This document shows positions 50,101-62,100 of a stretch of 64,000 nt of DNA, in pieces. The position numbers and the translations under genes are program-made. The stretch lies in assembly GCF_030684315.1 (NCBI RefSeq), contig NC_081360.1, positions 43,967,424-44,031,423 on the forward strand. The letters are read 5' to 3'. Numbering within the stretch: the first letter of the stretch is position 1; every line of letters begins with the position of its first letter. Origin of the DNA: Stegostoma tigrinum (Eukaryota). The notes beneath the pieces were generated by a model. The model saw only the letters and a list, made by a program, of their open reading frames with translations, was not told the origin of the DNA and searched no databases.

Positions 50101-53100
50101 CATTCTAAGAACAAATGGTAAAATAGGCTCTCGGTCCTCCAACTTTATATTAATGACTTAATTGCAAGTTAGTTTCTGGTCATAGGAAGCAACAGATTCA
50201 GCCAGCTTCTTTATTCTGTTTCTTTTTGCCTCATTGCCTTTGTTGTTTTCTATTATGTCTGTTCTGGAAACTTACTAATTGTTCCACAAGCAATTGTAAA
50301 TACATTTTGAGATAGATTTATAGAAGTGAAGTATTGTTCAATTATTAGTGACTTTTAGAAACTAAATGCAAACAAAACTGAAAGACTAATCTGAATTCTT
50401 TTGTTCAGACAATTCACTGTTTGAAGATGCTGGAAGATGACCTTATTCCACAGTTTAGAATTGACCTGGGTTGCAACCTTGGGGCTATTGTGGAGCTGCA
50501 AGATAATTTCAATAAAGCAAAACCTCGGTTACAGGTAAGGACTTCTACAATTCTAATAATTGCAAAGCTAAATTGGGGCAGCACGGTGGCTCAGTGTTTC
50601 GCACTACTGCCTCACAGTGCCAGGGATCTAGGTTTGATTGCACCTTCGGCAACTGTCTGTGTAGAGTTTGCACGTTCTCCCCGTGCACGGGCTACCTGTA
50701 TTGACAGTGCCAAATTACCCTAGTGTTCATAGAAGATCATATTTCATAGAATCCCTATAGTGTGGAAACAGGCCCTTCGGCCCAACAAGCCCCTCAGAGC
50801 ATCCCACCCAGAACCTACGAACTCACCTAACCTACACAACCCGGAACACTATAGGCAGTTGAGCATGGCAAATCCAACTAACCTGCACATCTTTGGACTG
50901 TGGGAGGAAACCAGAGAACCCGGAGGAAACCCACGCAGACCCAGGGAGAATGTGCAAACTCCACACAGACAGTCACCCAAGGGTAGAATCGAACCTGGGT
51001 TCCAGGAGCTGTGAGGCAGCAGTGCTAACCTCTGAGCCACCGTGCTGCTCCAATAGGGCCATGTGCAGATTAGGCAGGTTATGGGGGATGGATCTTGGTG
51101 GGATTTTCTGAGGGTTAGTGTGGACTTGTTGGGCTGAAGGGCCTGTTACCACACTTTAGGGAGCCTATAATTCTATGATCTATGATCTAATGAACATAAT
51201 GATCCTGATGGCTCTGAAAACTACTCTTGTACAATTGAGGAAGGTTGTAGTTTCATCGATCTGTCTGTGTGTTGTTAATTGAGTTGCTAGCTATGGTACT
51301 ATTGGCTTTAGTGCCTGCAGTAGTGTTATAACCAGGCAAAGTTTTCTGATTTTCCTGATTTTCTTCTTTTCCCATGCTTCATTGGACTATAAAAGGTTTT
51401 TGAGTTTTTAAAAGGATTGCTGTTTACCAGTTTATCGAACATGAATTTAATTCTGTGGAGAAAGAAATGAGCCATACAGGTGTTCTTGAATAAAGCATGT
51501 AAGGAGTTATATTCATGACAAAGTTCAGTAAAGTAAAAATATTACCACATGCTGAAATGTATACATGCATCCCACATTGCATCAAGACACATAGAGGCTT
51601 TCCCCAATCATGCAAAATAAGAAACACAACTTATAGAGTGTTGAATGTTGAACTTGGCTGCGAAATGAATATTGAGCATGACAGACATAAGATCAATTTA
51701 AAACAGAAAGGTTTTTTCATTGTGCAGGTATTTGATTTTCAACTGAAGAAGACACTTTCCACAAGTATGACTGATTTCTCTTTTCTCTCGGTGACTGCGA
51801 TGTTGATGTTAAATCTTCCTTTAAAAGTCTGTGTTTGCAGGAAGAAGGCTTTCTGGCTGATTTTTCAAGCTAAAAGCGGGGCTCAAAACTTTGAGAAATG
51901 TTTCAGACAGAAAGGCGTACACTCAGTGACTTTTGTCCTCTCCCTGATACTCCAAACTCAAATGTTCGTGTCAAACATTGCATCACATGACCTCTTTTCA
52001 TGTTGTTCTGACATTTGAAGGAATAAAGAGAACTGATTTGTCTCTCGCATCAGCTATTTTTTCATAGTTGAGATGGTTAGCTTTTGTAATGCCCCAGACA
52101 ATACTCTTGAATGGTCTATCTTCCATCTTGTTGAGTTGGAAGGAGTTGTTCACACCTACAGGGGTGCCATTTCCTTGTTAGTCTGCCTGTGGACTTCCCA
52201 TTGCCACTTCCAAATTGGCATCTACATAGATTCAGCATCCTTTGTTTAGCAGAAGTGTCTTTTTAAAAAAAAGTTCTATATGTGACCAGTGGAAGAAATT
52301 ACAAATTAATATTGCAAGTAACAGATTTTTGTGACACTGTGAAGAGAAAAATTATGCAGAGTTCCATTCCTACTTGCTAGAAACTCATTTGAACAGGGCA
52401 TGTTTACACAATTTTTCACAGTTTGGAGTAGTGTCTAAGCTCAAATATAAAGAATGGTTACAATGACAAAGCACAGCAGGATATCAGGAGAGGCATGGTG
52501 AAAGTGCTGCAGACTGTAATTCTTGTCCCTCGTATTAGAGTACGAAATATGAGAAAAGATGTGTTGTAACGTGAAATGTGGATAAATGTACCCTGACCAA
52601 CCTTGACCAGTTTCCAGTTATCCTTTTTAACTCAAGAGAGAGACAGGGGGGACAAAAGTCAGTGAAAGGTCCAGCACAGTCTTATCAAAAACTTTATTAA
52701 GGAAAATCAACACTTACCAGACTCTGAAAACAAAACATGCTGGAAATCCTTGTGGCTCAGGCAGCATCCATGGAGAAAGAGCAAGCGACCGCTTCAAGCC
52801 GAGATGACTCTTCATCAGAGCAAGATTCCAGCATCTGCAGTAATTTGCTCCTACTGCTCTACTACCGTACTTTAATTGAACTCTATCAATTGCAGGATTC
52901 TCCAGGAAAAGGTCTTAAATCTACACTTGCCATCTGCTTCTGATACGCGCTTCTGAGGATTTTCTGCATCCTATCCACATGTCCTTATCACTGTGTTTGA
53001 ACTGTTTGCCTGAAAGGGACTGGTCATTTGCACTCAATAAGCCTGGGACAATGAGGGTTGGCTAATATTTCAGGATCTGCAGTTGTTGATTAGGGTTTCC

Positions 53101-56100
53101 CCTCTCATCTAGGGGGCTGGTTCTGGTCTTTGGGTCATCTCACAAAGGCTTGTCACTCTGAGTCTGATCTTTCTGACGATGTCTGCCATGAGGTACAGGA
53201 AGCTGGTGATGCTCTGCAGCTTGGTTCCTAGTCGAAGGTTCCCTCTGGAGACTCCTTTGAAGGAGGTGCAAGGGCAGAGTGAGCTATCACTCCGGGTTGT
53301 CCCTTTTATCCCCATTTTATCATCCTTCCTGAAGAATTCAAGTGAGAGCAATAAGATCCAATGAAGGTCATAGAACATGGTTATGAACCTCCAACTATCA
53401 AGTGCTGTCATTTTCATGCTGTGCCTCTGGCCTCCCACTGAGCTGGGAGTCACAGGCCTGCGTGATATTTTTCTTAAAAAGCAGGTTTACTGGACATGTA
53501 AATAGCAGGTCATTCTGAAACAATGGGGCCATTAGCTCTGGGCCAGGAAGTTCCAGGCCTATATGGTTTTGATGGGAACTTGATTGTCCAAGGCCTGGCT
53601 GCCTGAACCCTGTTTGTTCTGACTCAGCAGTTTACAAATTGCAGATTCCACTAGCTTTAAAATTGGCTTGCATATTTTGAGCTTTTACCCATGCTTATGA
53701 AAAAAAACCAATATTTATGTAACAATCCTGGAAGTCATGGCTCACCTGACCACAAATGCCAGAAATTGCAATGAAATAAGTGACCAAAGAACCTGTCTTA
53801 GTAATGGTAGCTGAGGTACAAATGGAAATATATCAACCAGGATACCTAGGAAAATTTGATGCTCTTCTTCAGATAGGAAGGTGGGATTTTTTTTATGGCT
53901 AACCCAGAAGGACAATCAGGGTCATAGTTTAACATTTCTTTGTACAAGCCGAAAGCAATTTTAAACAGCAAGTTTTTCTTCATAGAATGTGTGATCGATT
54001 CATGGAATGAATTCCTAGGGCAAATGATGGAGATGAAAACTCTGAAATCATTGAATTGGATCCTGTAAATGGGGAGTTTTAAGGCCTTTTATGGAGGATA
54101 AACTGAGATGGATTGAATTATCTTCCTCCTCCATAAATATCTTGTAATCAATTTTCGAGATTATTCCAGATGATTAGTAGTCAACACAGAAGTATTTTCA
54201 TACATTTGTATTTATCATTTATATACAGGGTTTGTCACAAATGTTTCGACTCATTTTGAATAAATACTGAAGTAAAATTTGATCTGATCTCACCATGTGC
54301 ATCTCATATAAATTCTAAGAAATATTATACATATTTAGTGAAACATAGTTTGAATATAATAATCATAAGATTAAAACACATCATGAAATTATCATCAGAG
54401 GTTAGTTTTGAGCTGTAACGTGGTAACTTACTGCAAGGTGGCATGAATTATTAACTCCACTTTGGTGCTTTTTTTTATCTCTAGCAGTTGAATGCTGAAG
54501 TGGAATACAGAATAGCAATAGCTGAACTTTTGGCGTTGAAAGGTGTTTCCCTAAAAGAAAGAAATGAAAAAGTCATGGAGTTACAAAATCTTCATCAACA
54601 AGTTAAGAATAAAATAAAAGAATATGAAATAATTTTTCTTAAGACAGTTAAATTTCATAAGACTACTGAAGAGGTATGTGCTCAAACTTTTAAAAATTTG
54701 AAGTGTTCTTGAAGACGTTTGCATGCTTCTTGCTTCAGCCATTTTATCCTGTGTGTCTAATTTTGATGAATTCAAATGATATCAGTTGACTACCCCATTT
54801 CTAAATCTTTCATGTGACATATTCTATTGTAAACTGTCACCACATTTCTAATTTGGCTTTTATGTTACGATTGTTTTGTTCTTTTCCAGATTAGTATAGT
54901 TGCATTGACATTTTGGTGAAATAATGCTCACAGTAATAGGAAAAAGAGAACAATTGAGCTAAACTTTTCCATTTGAGAACTCTACCAAAATGTAAATTAG
55001 TGAGTTTTGAGAAGATTTGTAGCTCAGGTTGAGGTTCTGGATGTGAGTTTGCCCGCTGAGCTGGAAGGTTCGTTTTCAGACGTTTTGTCACCATTCTAGG
55101 TAACATCATCAGGTGATGGAAAAGAACAGGAAATGACATCACCAACACAGGAAATGACATCACCAACCCAAGGAAACCTAAACAGATAAATAGAAAGCGG
55201 GACATAACATCAGCGCTTCGTCGGAGGCTCACTGATGATGTTACCTAGAATGGTGACGAAATGTCTGAAAACTAACCTTCCAGCTCAGCGAGCAAACTCA
55301 CATCCAAAATGTAAATTATTGTCAGATGGAGTGAAAACATGGGAATGGTCTACTTCTGCTCCTAATTTGTATGTTCATATGTATTCTTCCATGTGATCAG
55401 TTACCTATCCTATTTGGTGGCATAATTGTTGGTGATCCTCTGAAGATCTCCTCAGGCTCAAAAAAACAGCAAAAACTGTACAATCCATATAATATGGCTG
55501 GCTACATATTTCTGGGTGTCTTAGAGGTCAGTAGCAAATGCTGTTGCTTTGCCACTGTCTGCAACATTCAGGCCTATGAGAATAAGCACCGCATTCCTAT
55601 GGTGAGACAACATTTCTAATTTGGGGTCATCAAGCTTGCCACAGTTTCGTGAGGAAGAGCAAAATTTAAAGACTTATAAAAATATAGAATGTGCGACATA
55701 TCTATAACCAATGGTATGTTTAAGACACTCATTACCCAAAAGAGAGCAGGCTGTGCTGAGATCAGATGCTTACTTAGTCAACATTTAGGGTCTGAAAACA
55801 ATGCTTTAGTCCTTGGATTAGGCAAGGACAGCTTGATATTGTGGCTGAGAGTGGGTCAGAAAAATTATATTAGTATTTTGCCTGCTTAACAATCTCATCA
55901 TGGACAACAACAAAATACTCTGTTTCCTTCAAATATGATTTTTCCAACAATATCCTAGCCATCCTCCCAAGTTCCACTCTCTGTAACTCTGCTGTTAGTA
56001 TCCCAATTTGTCCAAAGTGTCATTGACCGACTTTAGAATTCCTTTTCCTTTCCAATCCTTCCTTGGCCTCAGCTCTCTTACACTCTGTAATGTATCTCAT

Positions 56101-59100
56101 TCCTACAATGCTACTGGATCTTTTTACCCGACAGTCTCAGCTCCAATTTTTAATTGTACTTTCAACTGTTCGAGGCCTAAGTTCTGGATATCCTGCCTTC
56201 TCCCACTTATTCTGTCTCTCTGGATAGTTCTGAGGAAGGGTCACCCAACCTGAAACATTAACTCTGATTTTTCTTGACAGGTGCTACCAGACCTGCTGAT
56301 CTTTTCCAGAAACTTCTGTTTTTGTTATCTGCCTCTCCCCCGCTTTAAGATACTACTTTAAACCTATGTTGTTCATCAAGCTTTTGGTCATCTGCCCTAA
56401 TATCTCCTTCATGGCCTTGATGTCAAAGTTTGTTAGTTAATGCCTTTGCAAAAACAGTTTAGAATATTTTACTGCATTAAGGGTGCTGTATGGATGCAAG
56501 TTGTTACTGTTCAATTAGGCTTTTAGTTTGGATTTGGGAATATTTACACAGAACTGCAAGTTTGTTTTCCTGTCTATATTTTGTAGTGACAGGTTGCATA
56601 GATTCTGAAACCATCATATTTACACCACCTTCTGTGGGAAATTACATTTACAGATATATATTGTATTATATATTACAGAGACATATTAAAACATAGGAAA
56701 ATTATTTTACTTTATTCGGAGCTGGGTTTTGCAGGGTTTTGTGGAAGGTTGCAGGCAACACCCAGTACCATTTATCTTTCTGAATCTTCTTGGGTTCAGC
56801 TCATAGCACAAGCACGGGTTAAAACAGGAATTCTAAAGCTGTGCATCTGTCACATATTGCTTCACCATAGGCTGCTCTGTATGACAACTCCCCTCTCCTA
56901 CTTGTCCAACTCCTGTTCAACTGGGTAACTGGGCTTTTAATGGACATTTAACTAATAGCTGCAGCTGAACATAAGGATATATAATTTTGTATTTGTGGAG
57001 TGTTACTAAATGTTGCTATTAAGATTATTACTAAATTTTTGAAAGCAAATTCTGAAAAAATCTTTGTTTTCTTATGATACTTCAGCCTTTACATTCACAG
57101 CGTACGGAAGTCTTAATCTTTATATTCCTGTATGTTTTTTTTTGAGTGAGCTTATTTTAGTGCTGTGCATTTCCTGGCCAGCTGTTCGTGAAAATTCTCT
57201 AATGCAAATGGCTACTTGGAGCGCTTGACACCAAAGCTTCACACTGACAACCCCTATTAAACAGCTCCACAATCAATTGCACAGTGAGATTGTTAGCAAG
57301 GTTTTCTTCAGGATTAGCAGTTAAGAATTGATGTTTCACCATAGACTGCAAAATCAGGCCACCTCTGGTAAAGAAACTGTCACCAATCTTTGGCGGTCCA
57401 AGGAAGCAGGAAGATTGATTGAATGCAGAATATGTATCTGCAAAAATTTTGCAACAGTGACGATATGTCTTTTGCTGGAGTTGCTTTAGTCTTACTACTA
57501 TAATTTAAGAGCATGCATGTTGCCATTTGTGCAAGATCAAGTGATGCCACAGATTTTCATTTACATTATAGCCTGTTGGCTGCTAGCATTTTGGTGCACT
57601 CGTGCCATTCTCACTTGGTCTACTGAACCTAAAAGAGCTTTGCAATGTTTCCTGTGGAATGTAATCCAAACAACCATTCCTGCATGATCTGATTTATGAG
57701 CGATGACTTTACATAGGAGGGTATTACATTCCCAAGCCTTCTGGAGAGCATCTACCACACTTGTCCTGACAAATTGAAAGCTACTCTGTGTTGATGGGTA
57801 TTCATGGCAAATGTATTACAAGTATATATCTGTTAAAAGACAGTATAATGCTTGACATGCTGCTAACACACTGCTGATTTTATCTCTGAATCTCAACCAT
57901 TCATTGAGAGATCAAAATTTGTCGTCCTGCTTAATTAAAGCAATCCACCTTTTTGAAACCCCATAAAACTCCATGTCCCACTGCTAACATCTCAAATGTC
58001 CCCACTAGGAGTCATCTTTCATAACGCCTTTTACAATACAGAGAAGAGAGGAAGGGTCACTGACCCTAAACGTTAACTCTGTTTTCTCCTCCACAGATGC
58101 TGCCAGACTTGCTGAGCTTTTGCAGCAACTTTGTTTTTGTTGTTGTTGTTGGTGGTGTAAAGAGAACCACCTGAGTCTGCAAGTTAAGCCAAGTTGTACA
58201 GAATAGCCAGTAAAACACAAGACACTAACATAAGCGTTCAAGAAAGAGTGAATATGAATTCTTCCTCAATACAAAATGCCCCTAATTCCCTTATAATCAC
58301 TAATATGTGCCAACCAGGAGATATGTCAGTAGACTGATCTCTCTGTCTAAGCAAGTCTCACTGAATAAGGGTGATGCACACGTGAGTAAAGTGAAAACAA
58401 TCGGAAATATCTCCAAACGCAATTCAAATTTGAAAAGCCCCGGTGTCACCTTGAGATAGTAAGAACTACCAATGCTGGACTCTGAGATAACACAGTGTGG
58501 AGCTGAAGGAACACAGCAGGCCAGGCAGTATCAGAGGAGCAGGAAAGCTGATGTTTCGGGTGAGGACCCTTCTTCAGAAATGGCTCTGAGCCCCATCGGA
58601 GGAAAGATTCTTTCAACATCCAGGTGCTCATGTCTCTGCAGGATCTGCTGCATTGTCGGCTGATGGTGCATTTCCACTGAAAAGGTATCCTCACTGTGAG
58701 ATCATCATAGTCTCTCATACACATTGCTGGCATTTTACATTTTAATTGGAATCTCTTGGAAGTGAATAAGAAGAAAGAAGGCAAAAATGGCAGCCACTTT
58801 CTGTTCCATCATTGCCATGGTTAAAATTCCTCCTTGTGGCAGACAGGTGCCCGATCTCTTCCAACTGTTGGCTGATTCTTCCAAATGCAGTTGATTGATG
58901 ATGGACTGAATGGAGGTAGCAAGGCACTTACAAAAAAAAAGGCACCAGTAAAGCCCTATTTTACCAGGTATTTACAATCCTTCCAGGAGCACACAGGAAG
59001 CATGGAGTGATGGAGGGTATGCAAAAGCAATGCAGTGAAAAATTGGCCATTAGATTCAGAAGGTAAAATGTCAGGTCTGTGATCCTGTCTGCAACATGTA

Positions 59101-62100
59101 TCCCTAGACAATCCAGACTGTCAGATCTGGTGGCTCTGCAGAGGGCGAGTCTGAGGTGGTTTGCTGGAAAAGTATCTCCCAAGACCTAAGCTACTCAAAG
59201 TTGGACAAAGATTAATCAGAGCCTCAAAGCAGTTGAGATTTCATCCGGTGACAGGCTAAACTTTGTCAAGCTTGGACTCACTCAGTGAGGAGGACAGGAG
59301 TCCATAGTAGGGGTTGCAGCTGTAGGGTGCAGCTATATAGCAGCCAGAGAAAGCCACTGGAGCTGAATGACTTGTCACCTGGGGCAGCCTGTCAGCAGAA
59401 GGTGCTACCCAGTTCAATAGGTACAGCAGGGGTTGGGCTACGTGGGGATGTTTGAGCACCAGTGTCTGCACAGACTGCACTTTTTCATCGAGGTTCTGGT
59501 AGAACTAGGGGCAATAATGGATCAAGAATTGAGGCTACTGGGGAGTGGCAGCTACCCAGAGCCTTTTGCCTTACAGACAAGATTGGCTGTCAAATTCTGT
59601 GCCAGCGGATTGTCCCAGGAAACAGCTGTGGCCTATCTTAGTCAGCAGTCTATTTGCATAAATGAGGTCATGGATACCATGGCATTTGGATGGATCAACA
59701 CATCAACTTTTCAATATACTATGGTAATCAAGTGCAGTCCACTTCAGGGCCGAGGCTGGATTTTCTCAAGTGCAGGAGTCCATTAATTACACTCAACATA
59801 CCATCAAGGTTCCCTCCTCCCAGTAGCCTTTGAGAATAGGAAGTATTTTCAGTTTATAACTGATTGTGTGTGACCACAGTGATCCCTGCCGGCATGTGGA
59901 AGGTTAGCAGAAAACTGCTATAGCACCCATGTCCTTAAAAGATCCCAACTGAACTGCCTCAGCTCTTCAAACTACCCAAATATCTTTGTGCCTGGATCCT
60001 GGGGACAAGGGGTAATCAGTAAAGTCGTGACGTTTGAGCTCTGTATACAACCCCACACGCGGGCAAAAGCCGTATATAACTGCTGTTATATAGGCCTGCT
60101 AACGATGCCTCAGTAGTTTTGGGCGCCTTGAGGTATTTTCCTGGGATTATCAGCTGCCGAGCACTCTACAACCTGGCATTCCGGTGGGAAATAACACTGG
60201 ATCCAGAGGAAAACACCAAGTGAACCACATCTAGAAATATGGAGTCACACATGTCATGGATGAACTCCTCCATTGCCTTTACATGGAATTACATTTTCTC
60301 TGGAAATAGAGACGGGTCCTCACAAATGTTTTATATCACCTGGAGTTTCTGCTACCTTGCAGATGGGACCTAAGCCTCACTATCTATAAGGAGTGGAGCA
60401 GCATTGGGCCTCTCCTATGTTCTCTAAAGTTTGTGGTTAACACGGCCTACCCATCTTTTTTATTGACACAGTGCTCACCAAATTGTGCCGACCATTCTAA
60501 ACACATAACAGACCGACCGATACGTGTTGTGTCTATCTGTACTTCTGAAGAGTGCACACGAATGATGTGACAATGTCTTCCATTGTTGTTCCATCCCCTG
60601 AGCTTTCTAGTGTGTCTGTATCACTGGTCTTTCCCTCATTTGCTGTTAGAACAAATGGGAATATTCATCCAGTATCTTATTAAGGAGGGGCGTGCAGTGG
60701 TGTTGAAGGTCTGAGTGATGGAACAAAGTCTTCAGGAAATCTTTATACTTTGCACCTACCTCACTCTGTAACATGCTGTCCTGCAGTGGCTTCAGTGATG
60801 CCTCCCATGACAGTCCTTTTCTTCCTTTATTAGTGTCACTGTGGTGATAACAGTTGGCTGTTGATGTACCCTGACATTCTGAGAATGTTTATCCTGCAAG
60901 CAGGAACATAGGCAAAACCAAGCTGCCTCATGGTGCCTATGTGCTGTTCACTCTAAGGCAGTGTAAATGTATAGTGTGGAGCTTATGGCATGCCATGGTG
61001 TGGAAGCCATTCAGCCATCATAATGTAGGATTCGTCCATGTCTGAGCATGGGTCTTGGATGCAACTTAACTGAATGCCTCCATGCTAACACTCGTGCTTG
61101 ATATAGCCCTATTTATGGGCTGCAAGCTTGCCGCTGATTTCAATGGACACTTTTCATTCAACTGATGATTCCCAAATGCCAGCTTCTACCACCATTAACT
61201 GTTTCAGGTCGCACCATGTCATTCAATAACCTTCTGCACTAAATGTAGGCTTTGTCGCCAACTCATTGGCTACTTTGTTTCTTCCATTTATAGCCATAAC
61301 TTCTTGATTATGACTGAGGATCCCTTTCCCATTCTTCTGAAGAAAAGACCTGTCTCAGCCTGCTTCCACAGGACTGTCATGGGAGGCATCACTGAAGCTT
61401 GAGGTGACCTTTTCATGCATCTCAGGATTTCCTCATCTTTCCACCTCCCTCATAAGAATTTAATTGATTCTGAATTAAAGAGCTTTTCCTGTCCATATCA
61501 AAATAGTTTGTCTATTGGGCAAAGGGTGATGCCAAGGTATGAAACACATCAGGTCTCACTCCTTGAGCTATTGGTGGCAAATCAATGTTACTTCTATGGG
61601 AGGCTCCCACCCCAAGGTGCCTCTCTCTGGTTCTCTTTCTCTCTCTCTCTCTGTTCACCCATCACCTTGTGAATATCATACATCAACTCAAATTTCAGTC
61701 TTCAATTTGACTTTCTGGGTATTAGCATCATAACAATTAGTTTAATTATATTTCTAAGTTATTAATACTAATATTCCTTGGTTTTTGTATTCTCCATAGA
61801 TTTGATGTTATCTAAAGTTCTATTGCCCAAATCTCCATTCAATCAAGTCTGTTCATTCATCTTGTGCTCACTAACTTATAGTGGTTCCAATTAAGCAGAG
61901 TTTAATTTTAGTATTCTCATATTTAATTTCAAATCCCTCTTTGGCCTCTCCAGTTGTTGCTGCAAGTTCCTCCAGGCAAATATTCCTCCAAAATATTCAC
62001 AGACCTCTAATTCTAGCCTCTAGAGCATCCCTTAGTTTTGTTACTTCATTACTGGGAACCTGCTTTCAACTGGCCATTCTGTAATCTCTGGAATCCCTTC

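Noticed and set aside
51515-52018. 167-aa ORF
   Set aside because: No recognisable motif or splice signals needed for the gene; consistent with a chance intronic ORF.
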